The notes: generated by a model not told the origin, from the letters alone. A stretch of DNA of 64,000 bases from an uncultured Akkermansia sp. (GCA_964459715.1 CAYWNS010000001.1:9884-73883); one strand, 5' to 3'. Positions 39,978 through 49,864 are shown, numbered from the stretch's first letter. A program made the numbers and translations.

Positions 39978-40758
39978 CATCCGGTGGTAGGGCAGCCCGA
40001 AGGGGAATGAGATGTTTCGCGGCGGGAAGGAGGTGCCTACCACCCACGCCCGCCGCAAGTACGAAGTACGAAGTGGCAAAGCCGGGGAGCGGAGTGAGCG
40101 TGGTGCCGGAGTTTTGCGCGGGTTATCCTCCCGCGTGGGAAGTGTGGAGCAGGCGGGAGGGGGAGTAAGTACGAGCTGCGATGTATACCACACTTGTTCC
40201 GATAAAATTTTCGGAAATCGCTGCAAGGCTAATCCCTATGCGAGTCACAGGTACCCTGCGCACTAGGGGGGAGTATCAACATCACGGGTGTATGAATTTA
40301 TCCCCCCTTTCATCCGGTGGTGGGGCAACCCGAGGGAGAATGGGATGTTTCGTGGCGGGGAGGAGGTGCCTACCACCCACGCCCGCCGCAAGTACGAAGT
40401 ACGAGGTACGAAGTACGAAGTGGCAAAGCCGGGGAGCGGAGTGAGCGTGGTGCCGGAGTTTTGCGCGAGTTATCCTCCCGCGTGGGATGTGTGGAGCAGA
40501 TGGGAGGGGGAGTAGGTACGGGGGAGTATCAGCATCATGGGTGTATGAATTTATCCCCCTTTTATCCGGTGGTGGGGCAGCCCGAAGGGGAATGAGATGT
40601 TTCGTGGCAGGGAGGAGGGTGCCTACCACCCACGCCTGCCGCAAGTACGAAGTACGAAGTGGCAAAGCCGGGGAGCGGAGTGAGCGTGATGCCGGAGCTT
40701 TGCGCGGGTTACCCTTCCGCGTGGGAAGTGTGGAGCAGGCGGGAGGGGGAGTAAGTAC
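39978..40758 (+). repeat. Three tandem family II repeats (39978-40173, 40311-40520, 40563-40758) interleaved with reverse fragments of family I
   Basis: Each has ATCCGGTGG...GCCTACCACCCACGCC(C/T)GCCGC-(AAGTACG)n-AAGTGGCAAAGCCGGGGAGCGGAGTGAGCGTG. A family I right-end fragment sits at 40189-40300. Confidence 0.9.
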
Positions 40759-40774
40759 AGGCTGCGGTGTACAT

Positions 40775-41039
40775 CACACCTAGTCCAATAAAATTTTCGG
40801 AAATCGCTGCAATGCTAATCCCTATGTGGGTTTCACACGCTTTACGTACCATGGGGGCATCAAACTGACAGGTGTGTTGATTTTTCCTCCACGTCCCTTT
40901 TCTGCTTTGCTTTCCTCGTCCTCACCTGCGCAACTCTGTTGCGCCTAACTTTTTCACTTCGTACTTGATCACCCTCGCATTTTCCTGCCGCATAGTTATC
41001 GCCCACCACTAAGTCTCTAATTTATTTAGGACAGATGTG
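40775..41039 (-). mobile_element. Family I repeat, reverse orientation
   Basis: CACACCTAGTCCAATAAAATT ... GCGCAAC-tct-GTTGCGCCTAAC ... TAATTTATTTAGGACAGATGTG; heptamer x1. Confidence 0.85.
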
Positions 41040-41051
41040 CTTGTAATCTCT

Positions 41052-41897
41052 CTATTCCGATAGGGATGACATCGGTTCGGGGGAGCGGTAGTACACATCT
41101 CCGTCCACCGATGCGCGGTATCGTCCGCCCGGGAGGATGGTAACTCCCACCGTGCGACCCTCGTACGATGCGGGTGGGTCCACATTGTAACGTCGCAGTT
41201 CCGGAGCTCCGGGTTGGTCCGGGTCGCGCACGACTACGCGCAGATGCCCGCGAATGGGGCGATCCTCCTGCGGTCGCGTGGCGATACGTTGTCCGGCGTA
41301 CATAAATCCGAAGGGGAAGATGTTGCCCGAGTCATCCTGCATTTCCACAAAAAGTCTGCCGCTCGTTCCATTGGTAACCTGCACGGCATAACCGGCGTAC
41401 TCATCATCCTTGGACGGAGGAGCCGCGTGTACATCCGATTTCGGGGCATCAACCGCTTCTTGTTGCGGAGGTACTGAGCTCTGCGCCGTAGGGGTCAACC
41501 CCCGGTCTTCCACCGGGCGAGGGTCAGGTATCGGTGGGGCTTTCGGCAAATTCTCGGGCACATGAATCGTCCTCGGGAGTGCCGGTGGAGCAACGATTGG
41601 ACTTGCCGGAACCACCGCTTTCTCCGGCGGTGGTGTTGCGGTCGTACTTGGCACCGCCGCACCCTCTCCCGTTCCCTCCGTTGCCGGTTTCGCCGCGTAT
41701 GCTGCGGCAGCAAAATCGAAAGCTGTCATTGTCTCCGACGGTGTGTCTGATGTCGCCGCTTGTCCCGGCAGAGCTACATAGCCCCGTGGCTTTTCCGTCA
41801 CCCCTTCGTTGGAAGCCGGACTGTCGACCACGGGGGGCGTCTGCTGGCAACTCGCTAGCACCAGCATGCACATGACAACACTCAGTCTTTTCTTCAT
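41052..41897 (-). CDS. Hypothetical lipoprotein with Pro/Ala-rich linker
   Basis: MKKRLSVVMCMLVLASC lipobox and a globular C-terminal domain. Leaderless promoter TTGATT-17-TATACT, 7 nt to the ATG. Confidence 0.8.
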   Translation of the reverse strand: MKKRLSVVMCMLVLASCQQTPPVVDSPASNEGVTEKPRGYVALPGQAATSDTPSETMTAFDFAAAAYAAKPATEGTGEGAAVPSTTATPPPEKAVVPASPIVAPPALPRTIHVPENLPKAPPIPDPRPVEDRGLTPTAQSSVPPQQEAVDAPKSDVHAAPPSKDDEYAGYAVQVTNGTSGRLFVEMQDDSGNIFPFGFMYAGQRIATRPQEDRPIRGHLRVVVRDPDQPGAPELRRYNVDPPASYEGRTVGVTILPGGRYRASVDGDVYYRSPEPMSSLSE

Positions 41898-41951
41898 GCC
41901 AAAAAGTATAGCACCTTTAGGGCATAAAATCAAGTGCTGTCCACCAGCGAG

Positions 41952-42192
41952 CAAAATCTGTTCCGGTAAAACAAAAGTTTTAGTGGTGGGCGATGACTTT
42001 GTCGCGGGGAAACGGGGAGGAGATTAAGTACGAAGTACGACGTGAATAGGTTAGGCGCAACAGGGTTGCGCAGGGAAGTTGGAAGAAAGCAAAGTCGAAA
42101 CGATGCGTAAAAATCAAACCAATGCCCCTGCGAGGGAGGTGTCCTGTGGTATGCAGAGAGCGTGAGAACCACATAGATACTCACGCTGCAAC
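41952..42192 (+). mobile_element. Family I repeat (diverged; right end lost)
   Basis: AGTGGTGGGCGATGACTTT, heptamer x2, GTTAGGCGCAAC-agg-GTTGCGC. Confidence 0.8.
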
Positions 42193-42255
42193 ATATTTGT
42201 GGGAGATAGACGGTTCAGTTTGTGCGAGTACTAAAAGAGTAATTTTTTCTGACAT
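42181..42255 (-). pseudogene. N-terminal remnant (24 codons) of a probable DUF488-partner gene
   Basis: An ATG overlapping the end of the DUF488 gene reads MSEKITLLVLAQTEPSISHKYVAA*. This resembles the K.LI.VKTYP..S.KY N-terminus of proteins that follow DUF488 genes. It is cut at the repeat boundary. Confidence 0.5.
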
Positions 42256-43178
42256 ACGGTGGGGTATTGAGGTTCTGACAGATTAAGGTACGTGCACTTG
42301 AGCATTTTCGACAGACGTTCTGCGAGGATTCGCCTGTGACACTGTCGGATATTTGCTTCAAAGCACATCAAGGCAATGCGTTCTCCTCCCTCGACCATGT
42401 GAGCAAGCTCGCGCAAAGTAGATTCCATTCCAGGCAAGTCCTGCGCTTCATACTCGGCAAACAGGCGGTCGTAATCTTCCTGAGTTTCAAGCCGCTGGCG
42501 TCTGTAACTTGCTATGCCGAGCATGGGTAGGTGAAGGTAGCGAAAATCCATCGCGCGCGCAAGCTCACCGAGCTGCTCTTTCGAAAATCCGAGTTTGTGG
42601 CTGAAGGGCACACGACGCACATCGCAAAGGCACGTTACCCCCTTCTGCGCGAGGAGTTTGAAGAATCCTTCAATACTCATTCCCTCGTAGCCGATGGTGA
42701 AGAGAGCCCCGGTGTCGCATCGTTGAGGTTTGCACTCTTCGATGCGCCGCAGTGCTGCCGTATTTCCTGCAAGCAGCCGCTTTGCCCATTGACTATTAAT
42801 CGCGTAAAATGGATACTGAGTATATACACGCATAGCGAGCTCTTCATCACTTGCTCCCCGTGTTTCCTCCACTACTTGTGCGATGCGCATTCGATCCGCG
42901 TAAGGAATTTTGGGCAACATGCAATAATCGTTCAGACTAAAAATGTCTCCCTGTTTACGAATAAGTGACGCAGCACGCAGTTTTTGGAGCATGTATGCAG
43001 CAGTAAATGAAAAACATCCTTTCAAATACGGATAAAAGTCAAAGGACGGAGGCACACCGACCTGTTTTTCCCGCTCCACCAGAAAAAATAACCTTTTCTG
43101 GAGTCCAAGACTACTCACCTCCCCACCATTTTCAGCCGGTAGGTATAGCAAAATAGCCTGTTTCCGGGTAACCTTCAC
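42231..43178 (-). CDS. DUF488 domain protein with N-terminal wHTH-like domain
   Basis: LFTIGYEG, LCDVRRVPFS..GFSK, YLHLP.LGI, ALMCFE...CHR. Lower GC than the flanks. Confidence 0.88.
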   Translation of the reverse strand: MKVTRKQAILLYLPAENGGEVSSLGLQKRLFFLVEREKQVGVPPSFDFYPYLKGCFSFTAAYMLQKLRAASLIRKQGDIFSLNDYCMLPKIPYADRMRIAQVVEETRGASDEELAMRVYTQYPFYAINSQWAKRLLAGNTAALRRIEECKPQRCDTGALFTIGYEGMSIEGFFKLLAQKGVTCLCDVRRVPFSHKLGFSKEQLGELARAMDFRYLHLPMLGIASYRRQRLETQEDYDRLFAEYEAQDLPGMESTLRELAHMVEGGERIALMCFEANIRQCHRRILAERLSKMLKCTYLNLSEPQYPTVCQKKLLF

Positions 43179-43256
43179 GCACCCTCACTCCGCTCCCATC
43201 ATCTCGGAATTGTACCCTTTTGTCAAACCTTTTTTACTTTATGCCCCCTCGTTGGA

Positions 43257-43469
43257 GCACCTGTCTCAAGCAATTTTCTGTCAAATGCCGCCATGCTAAT
43301 TTCAATGCGAGTTTCGCACGCTCCGCGTCCTTCGGTTTCTTCTGCGCAACCCCGTTGCGCCTAACTCCTTCACTTCGTACTTCGTACCTCGTACTTGATC
43401 CCCCTCGTGTTTCCCTGCGACGAAGTCATCGCTCTACTCTAAGCTTCTAATTTATTCGGGACAGATGTG
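43257..43469 (-). mobile_element. Family I repeat, reverse, internally deleted
   Basis: GCGCAAC-ccc-GTTGCGCCTAAC, heptamer x3, TAATTTATTCGGGACAGATGTG. Confidence 0.8.
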
Positions 43470-43478
43470 GGAGGATGG

Positions 43479-46400
43479 TCAGCTGAGGGCAAGCAAGCGG
43501 GCACGGAGGGCGTTAGGGGAAGAGCGATGCTTGCGGGCAAAGGCGGATGAGAAGATGGAGAGACGGAACTCCGCGACCATGTAGGCGAGGTGAAGCCAAG
43601 CGGCGGAATCCGCGTGAGTCGGGTAGTTGTCGTAAAAAGAGGCGGGGACGACAGTCTCGAAGAGGTCTATACGTGGTAAATCATCAGCCGCCGGACGCAA
43701 CGCGAGGCGTTGGAGTCGGTCGAGCAGACCGCGCAGGAAGCGGGAGTAGTCGGGTAAGGACTCCGGTGGAGCGGCGCAGAGGAAATTCGGGCGGGTGAGC
43801 CAAGTCCATTGTCGCTCGAGGTCCGCGAGGGTACGTGCCGCAGTTGTCTTGGGGGCAGTAAGACGGAATCGCTGAAATTCTTCGTGAACAAGGGCAAGAA
43901 GGCACCAGACGCTCGTTATAGGACCCGCCAGAGTGTCGCTCAACTTCTCACGCATGTGCACGCAGGCTGCTTCGAATTCTTCCGGAGAGCGAGGCAGGGG
44001 AGCCAGCCCCGCATCCATGGCTGCGTACATACTCTGCCGCGCGTTGTCGGCAGGTTTGAACCCGATTGTCGAGATAGCGAGGCGCGCCTGCAGGTCAGAG
44101 ATCGGGAGACGTTTTTGGATAGCATGCAGGTACTCCGCGCAACGCATCCAAGCGAGACGCCGCACACCGGCTCGGTGTACGAACGATGCCTGCTCTTGGG
44201 AAGCGCAAATACGCAGACGCACGGAGTGCTCTTCATCGGACAGAGCGGGGTAGCCGAGATGGTTGCCCACTTCGACATATTCGGGAAGTGTCCCGCAATC
44301 CCATCGCGTCATGGGGGTTGTGGAAAAGGCGCGCTTGGCTTGTGTGTAAAAACGCTTTTCGCGGTATGAAGCGAGGCGGGAACGCAGCTGCCGCACATCG
44401 GTACCGAGAGCCAGCTCTTGCCCCTCATCGTCGCAAACCCAGACTTTCGTGATGAGCTCCGGCGGCAGGCGCGTGGGGTCGAATTCTTCCGGGTGGCAAA
44501 ATACTCCGGTTCGCCGGTGCACGAAGTCGCCCAACTCACGCAGGATATCCTTCTGCGGGGTACATCCGGCATGCTCGTCGCAAAAAAGTTCGGCTGATTC
44601 ACTGATGGGCAATATCCGTTGCCGTATGGATTTAGGTAGGGTACGCAGGAGGATTTCCACCCGTTGCTCTAGGTGCGCCGGGATACCCCAGCCGGGCAGA
44701 TGCTCCGGGAAGTCGGAGAGTTGATCAATATGGACGCCGATGGTAACGCCATCATCCGGTGCTGCGGGGTCGTGGAGGTAGTAAACGGGGTAACTTTGGG
44801 AGCCGTAGGAAAGTTCATCCGGGTAAAGTTCCGGCGGGGCATTGTCTTCTCCGGGGTAGATGCACTGTTCGTAGGGGATATCGAGGAGCTGCGGTTGCTC
44901 CTTGAGGGCGCGCGCAAGCCACGTACGCAGGGCTTTCTCGGAGGTGCAGTCGGCAGGTATTCGGGTGTCAAAGAAGCGATAGATCGAGCCGGGGGAGCGG
45001 ATGAGGTCGCGTCGCCGCAGCTTGGCTTCCACCGTAGAAACGCGTTCGAGCATTTCCGCGAGATGAATCAAAAAGGGGTACTTGCCCTGCATTTTTTGCG
45101 GGATGATGCCGTCGCTAATCATCATGGCGCGGGCTTCGGCAGGGTAGTAACGCGCGTAGCTGATGCGGCGGGATTCGATGATGGTGAGCCCCCCGCAGAC
45201 GACGCGTTCTTTCGCGTAGACGACACCCGCCCGGCTGTCCCACTGCGGGTCAAAGGCATGGCAGGAGCACAGATGCGGTGCCACTTGTTCGACCCACGCG
45301 GGGTTGAGCTCCGCCGCTCGCCTCAACCACAGCCGTCCCGTTTCCGTAAGTTCTGTGCCAAAAACCCAAGCTGCCCGCTGTTTGCGTCGGAAGAGACCAC
45401 TGCCGGGGAAGATGGAAAAGCTGCGCCCCGCCGTACTGCGGTAGACGCGATCTTCGCGGTTCCAGACTCCGATTTGCAAGGGAGCTCCGGCGAGGATAGC
45501 TCGGTGGATGTTGTCCGCCGGGGCTTGCTGCTCCGGTGGCATGAGTTCCGGGGCACGCCATCGAAAAGCCAGCGCGAGTGTGTCGCGCAAATCCTGCTCC
45601 AAGTTGTTCCATTCGAGCATGCGGGTGAAGGATAGGTAGCGCGGAGCGCACCATCTGCGCAGCGCATTGCGCCGCAGTTTACGTCCGTCCCGACTTTCCT
45701 TGTAGGCTGCCCGCCAAAGTTGCAACAGAGTGAGATAATCGCTCTGCTCGTTTCGCCATACAGCATGGGCTCGGTCGGCTTCTTCCGCATGCTCCGCCGG
45801 TCGTTCTCGCGGGTCTTGAATGCTCAGGGCTGCCACGATGACGAGAGCCTCGGCAAGCGCGTTTTCTCGCTTCGCTTCCAGCAAGATGCGTCCTAGGCGC
45901 GGGTCGAGCGGTAAGCGCGCGAGTTGTTTTCCCGTGGCGGTCAGACGTTTGTTCGCGTCCAATGCGCCGATTTCCCGCAGGGTTTTGTAGCCCTCTCGGA
46001 TAAGACGCTCACTCGGTGGGTCGGGTAAAGGGAATTGCCCGAGCGGCGGCAAACGGAGGTCCGCCATGCGCAGAATGACCCCTGCCAAAGCACTGCGTCG
46101 TATCTCCGGGTCAGTGTAGGCATCGCGCGTGTTGTAATCATCTTCGCTGTACAGGCGTACGCAGACTCCCTCCGCTATGCGCCCGCAACGTCCTGCCCGT
46201 TGTCGCGCGGACGCCTGCGAGATGGCTTCCACTTGCAGGCTCTGAATCTGTCGCCCCGGAAGGTAGCGAGAAATGCGCGCCAAACCGCTGTCGATCACGT
46301 ACATGATGCCCGGGATGGTGAGTGAGGTTTCCGCCACATTTGTCGTGAGCACAATGCGCCGTGTTCCGGCGTTGGGATGAAAGATGCGCTGCTGGTCCGC

Positions 46401-47189
46401 GAGACTCAGACGCGCGAAGAGGGGGAGTATTTCCGTGCGCGGCAACTCGAGACCTTCCAAGGCTTCCGCACAGTCGCGTATCTCGCGCTCTCCCGGTAAA
46501 AAGACCAGCACATCCCCGCCCGCATCGTAGCTCGACAACCATTCCACGGCTCGAACCACATGGTCCGATAGCTCTTCTTCTTCGATGGGCGGCATGTAGT
46601 GCATTTCCACGGGATAGGTGCGCCCCTGCGCCTCTATCACCGGTGCCCCACCGAAAAAATCGGAAAAAGCGGCGGCATTCATCGTCGCCGAGGAGATAAT
46701 CACCCGCAGATCGCGGCGTCGCTTGAGCAGCAACTTCAAATAACCGAGCAGGAAGTCGATATTGAGACTGCGCTCATGGGCTTCATCGAGAATGATGGTA
46801 TGGTAGGCTCGCAGGTTGGGGTCCTTCTGCGTTTCGGCGAGCAGGATACCATCCGTCATGAGTTTAATGCGGGTGTTGGCATCCGTACGGTCATCAAACC
46901 GCACGTGGTACCCCACCATGCCCCCATCCGCGCCGAGCTCCTCTGCCAATCGCCGTGCCACCGCCACCGCCGCCAACCGTCGCGGCTGCGTACAGCCCAC
47001 CTTTCCCGGACGCTCCCCCGCCGCCATCAACGCCATCTTCGGCAGCTGCGTTGTCTTCCCGCTCCCCGTTTCGCCCACAACGACAACCACCTGTCGCGCC
47101 CGCAATGCCGCCACTATCTCTCGCCTGTGCGCACTGACGGGTAAGTCCGGAAAATCAAAGCACTTCATTCCTGTCCTATCTTTCGTCAT
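43479..47189 (-). CDS. hrpA: ATP-dependent RNA helicase HrpA
   Basis: GETGSGKTTQLPK, TQPRR, DEAHERSLNIDFL, SAT, NVAETSLT, QRAGRCGR, DUF3418-like C-terminus. Confidence 0.95.
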   Translation of the reverse strand: MTKDRTGMKCFDFPDLPVSAHRREIVAALRARQVVVVVGETGSGKTTQLPKMALMAAGERPGKVGCTQPRRLAAVAVARRLAEELGADGGMVGYHVRFDDRTDANTRIKLMTDGILLAETQKDPNLRAYHTIILDEAHERSLNIDFLLGYLKLLLKRRRDLRVIISSATMNAAAFSDFFGGAPVIEAQGRTYPVEMHYMPPIEEEELSDHVVRAVEWLSSYDAGGDVLVFLPGEREIRDCAEALEGLELPRTEILPLFARLSLADQQRIFHPNAGTRRIVLTTNVAETSLTIPGIMYVIDSGLARISRYLPGRQIQSLQVEAISQASARQRAGRCGRIAEGVCVRLYSEDDYNTRDAYTDPEIRRSALAGVILRMADLRLPPLGQFPLPDPPSERLIREGYKTLREIGALDANKRLTATGKQLARLPLDPRLGRILLEAKRENALAEALVIVAALSIQDPRERPAEHAEEADRAHAVWRNEQSDYLTLLQLWRAAYKESRDGRKLRRNALRRWCAPRYLSFTRMLEWNNLEQDLRDTLALAFRWRAPELMPPEQQAPADNIHRAILAGAPLQIGVWNREDRVYRSTAGRSFSIFPGSGLFRRKQRAAWVFGTELTETGRLWLRRAAELNPAWVEQVAPHLCSCHAFDPQWDSRAGVVYAKERVVCGGLTIIESRRISYARYYPAEARAMMISDGIIPQKMQGKYPFLIHLAEMLERVSTVEAKLRRRDLIRSPGSIYRFFDTRIPADCTSEKALRTWLARALKEQPQLLDIPYEQCIYPGEDNAPPELYPDELSYGSQSYPVYYLHDPAAPDDGVTIGVHIDQLSDFPEHLPGWGIPAHLEQRVEILLRTLPKSIRQRILPISESAELFCDEHAGCTPQKDILRELGDFVHRRTGVFCHPEEFDPTRLPPELITKVWVCDDEGQELALGTDVRQLRSRLASYREKRFYTQAKRAFSTTPMTRWDCGTLPEYVEVGNHLGYPALSDEEHSVRLRICASQEQASFVHRAGVRRLAWMRCAEYLHAIQKRLPISDLQARLAISTIGFKPADNARQSMYAAMDAGLAPLPRSPEEFEAACVHMREKLSDTLAGPITSVWCLLALVHEEFQRFRLTAPKTTAARTLADLERQWTWLTRPNFLCAAPPESLPDYSRFLRGLLDRLQRLALRPAADDLPRIDLFETVVPASFYDNYPTHADSAAWLHLAYMVAEFRLSIFSSAFARKHRSSPNALRARLLALS

Positions 47190-48295
47190 TGTACCGAATC
47201 GTCAACACGGGGCAGACTTTGGGGTAATTCTGCGGTACAGACGGAGGGTTTGATGTGGGCGCGGAGCGTCCAATACATCTGAGAGCGCAAAAGGTGGATG
47301 TCGGCACGCGCCAGTGCCGCATCAATGGCGCGTTTGTGGGCACGCACGGCATCGCGGGAAGGTCCGTGTACCATGCCCATGATCTGCGCCCCGCCGAAAA
47401 GCTGTGTCCCGCTGCGGTAGTAGCAATGGGTCATGCAGACGTGGCGGGCGCAGATACGCCCGGTCAACTCCTCCTGCCCGGGCTCGACCGCCCACATGAG
47501 CAGGGCAGCTTCATCCGCGGAGACGGCAGCGCGCGTGGCAGGGTCGGTGTGGTCGAGCACCACGGCGAAGTGTCCGAGCAGCCCCAACTTTGCCAGGTGC
47601 TCGGCTACGCGGCAGTATTCCTGCGTCGTCATGTCGAGATGCCGAGCCCTCGCCTGCCATATATCGGGGGTAATTTCCGCCTCGGTGAAGGGGACGCAGA
47701 CACTGCGGAGGACGCGCAGTTCCCGTTCATTGAGGTTTGGGGCAGCAGGGCACCGCATGGTGGGCAGTTCGGCGTCCAAGGTGCCGGGGGGCAAACCTGC
47801 TCGGCGCAAATGCCCCACACTCAAGCGAAACATACCCACCGTCGGCATGCACACGAAGTGAGTTGCCCCGATACGCCGCGCGAGTACGCGGCAGTAGGTT
47901 TCCGGGGGCGTGGCATTGCCGGGAAGCCGCAGAGTGGTCCACAAACGGTACTCCGCACCCGGGGCGTGCGGGTCCTCCGGTTCGCGAATGACCACATGAC
48001 CGGTGGCGGGGTCGTGCTCCGCGAGTTGGTCGAAAGCCGCCCGCAATGCCTCCGGCGGCACACGCCACGCGACAAGGCACCCCGGCGTGAGGGCACTACT
48101 CAGCGGGGTTTGGCGCACGCAGCGCACGATGCCGTCGCGCATGAGCCCGCGCAACCGCCGCTGCACCTCATCCACGGGTAGATCGCACCGTTCGGCGAGT
48201 TCCTCGAGCGGACGGGGACAGAACCCGGTGAGAGAATCTTCCGCCACTGCCAGAAGACGCCTGTTGACGGCATCATCGATCAGGAACTGCCTCAT
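47186..48295 (-). CDS. Lrp/AsnC-type duplicated protein, siroheme decarboxylase (AhbAB/NirDL)-like
   Basis: Two HTH+AsnC units with GHVVIR and THCYYR (HxYxR-like) motifs and GMVHG. Confidence 0.7.
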   Translation of the reverse strand: MRQFLIDDAVNRRLLAVAEDSLTGFCPRPLEELAERCDLPVDEVQRRLRGLMRDGIVRCVRQTPLSSALTPGCLVAWRVPPEALRAAFDQLAEHDPATGHVVIREPEDPHAPGAEYRLWTTLRLPGNATPPETYCRVLARRIGATHFVCMPTVGMFRLSVGHLRRAGLPPGTLDAELPTMRCPAAPNLNERELRVLRSVCVPFTEAEITPDIWQARARHLDMTTQEYCRVAEHLAKLGLLGHFAVVLDHTDPATRAAVSADEAALLMWAVEPGQEELTGRICARHVCMTHCYYRSGTQLFGGAQIMGMVHGPSRDAVRAHKRAIDAALARADIHLLRSQMYWTLRAHIKPSVCTAELPQSLPRVDDSVQ

Positions 48296-49131
48296 TGGGG
48301 ATTCACGACCCCGCAGTAGGTAAAGAGCGTGGGGTCCAGCTGCTGTTTGGCATCTTCCGCGATGCGGGTGGTCTGCGAGGGAGTCTCGGTGATAGCGTAC
48401 ACGCAGGAACCGCTACCGCTCATTAGAGCGGCGAGCACACCCGGTTGTTCGAGCAACCACATTTTGATGACAGCCAGGAAAGGGTATTTGTTGAAAACGG
48501 GTCTCTCTAGGTCATTGCTCATTCTCAGACCGCGAACATTTTGCACATCGTACATCACGTCCCTGATGCGACGAGACCTCTCAGCTGTCCTGTATGCCCA
48601 CGTCGTGCTGATTCCGAAGCGCGGTTTCAGCAACACGATAGGGGCGGTCCACCCCAAATAGCCCAGCAGTGGACGCACCAACTCTCCGCGACCCTGACAA
48701 CGACTCAGCACCGGGTTGAGAAAGAAGGGAACGTCACTCCCTACTGCCGCAGCCATGGACTTCAGCTCCTCGTCATCGTACTGCGTGCCCAGTATCTCAT
48801 TCAGCGCGCGGAGTGTCGTCGCGGCGTCGGAGCTGCCGCCCCCCAGTCCCGCCGCCATGGGTATGCGCTTGTTGATGGTGATCCGCTGTTTTGCCTTGCG
48901 TCCATAGTGCTTTTCAAACTCGCGTACAGCTCTCATGACCAAGTTGTGCTCATCCGTGGGCACCTGCGCGTCATCGCACACCAATGTGGTCGTGCGCGAG
49001 TTGTGAAAGTCGAGTTCATCACCCAAGTCCAACTTCGCCATCACGATGTCCACTTCATGGTACCCATCCTCCCGCGTCCCTCTGATCCTCAGTGAAAGAT
49101 TAACTTTCGCCGGTGCGTAATGGCTGCTCAT
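48292..49131 (-). CDS. ispE: 4-diphosphocytidyl-2-C-methyl-D-erythritol kinase
   Basis: APAKVNL, DGYHE, IPMAAGLGGGSSDAA, GSDVPFF, NDLE, MSGSGS. Confidence 0.96.
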   Translation of the reverse strand: MSSHYAPAKVNLSLRIRGTREDGYHEVDIVMAKLDLGDELDFHNSRTTTLVCDDAQVPTDEHNLVMRAVREFEKHYGRKAKQRITINKRIPMAAGLGGGSSDAATTLRALNEILGTQYDDEELKSMAAAVGSDVPFFLNPVLSRCQGRGELVRPLLGYLGWTAPIVLLKPRFGISTTWAYRTAERSRRIRDVMYDVQNVRGLRMSNDLERPVFNKYPFLAVIKMWLLEQPGVLAALMSGSGSCVYAITETPSQTTRIAEDAKQQLDPTLFTYCGVVNPQ

Positions 49132-49137
49132 ACCGCC

Positions 49138-49166
49138 AGAATACACGAATGCGCCGTCCGAGTCAA
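49138..49166 (-). promoter_or_regulatory. Putative sigma70 promoter, leaderless, of ispE operon
   Basis: TTGACT-17-TATTCT, then 6 nt to the ATG. Confidence 0.65.
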
Positions 49167-49181
49167 GCCTATAGCATTTTC

Positions 49182-49310
49182 CCACCACACACGCCCGCCG
49201 CAAGTACGAGGTACGAAGTACGAAGTGGCAAAGCCGGGGACGGCAGGTGTGGTGAGGAGGAGAGAGAGGCAGGAAAGCGGTGTGTGAAGTGAGTGGTCGG
49301 CGCAGGGGGT
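49182..49310 (+). repeat. Partial family II repeat
   Basis: CACGCCCGCCGC-heptamer x3-AAGTGGCAAAGCCGGGGA. Confidence 0.8.
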
Positions 49311-49525
49311 GGCGGGAAAGAAAATTTCCGGGAAGCGGAAGAAGCCATACGTGTGGCAGAAATTCACACGGGGAAGGCGGCTGTCCCTGCCTTGAACGAG
49401 ATGCGTTATGCCGGCTATCACGCACTGCGATGTTTACTTGCAAAAGATCGTACTTCGGGAGATACGGCATGTATCAAAGCAATCTCTCATTGTCGCGGCA
49501 CATCATTCGCCCTCCCATTCCCTTC

Positions 49526-49812
49526 CACACTCGTTCCAATAAAATTTTCGAAAAACGCCGCAATGTCAGTTCCTATGCGGCTTCCACATGCTTTGCGCAC
49601 CATGGGGGGCATCTACCTCACAATTGCGTAGATTTGGTCCGAATGCATTGTTCCCGCTTTGCGTTTATCGTTTTCCTCCGCGCAACCGTGTTGCGCCTAA
49701 CTCCTTCACTTCGTACTTCGTACTTCGTACCTCGTACTTCCATTCCCCCGTGTCTTCCTGCCTCAAAGTCACCGCCCACCACTAGGCCCTTAATTTATTC
49801 GGGACAGATGTG
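49526..49812 (-). mobile_element. Family I repeat, reverse orientation
   Basis: Both TIRs, the palindrome, and heptamer x4. Confidence 0.85.
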
Positions 49813-49835
49813 TGTACGTGTGTGGCGATGCGCAC

Positions 49836-49864
49836 TTGACATGGCAGGTCGGTCGTGATAATCT
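49836..49864 (+). promoter_or_regulatory. Putative sigma70 promoter of ilvC
   Basis: TTGACA-17-TAATCT. Confidence 0.6.

Noticed and set aside
39978-41039. CRISPR array interpretation of the repeat clusters (also 51790-52535 and 842-932)
   Set aside because: Units are 200-290 bp or spacer-less, the intervening sequences are themselves repeated, and no cas genes are present.
48292-49470. Long N-terminal extensions on ispE, ilvE, moxR, Fic and coaE given by the ORF track
   Set aside because: The extensions run through promoters and repeat DNA, and homology motifs begin at the downstream starts used above.
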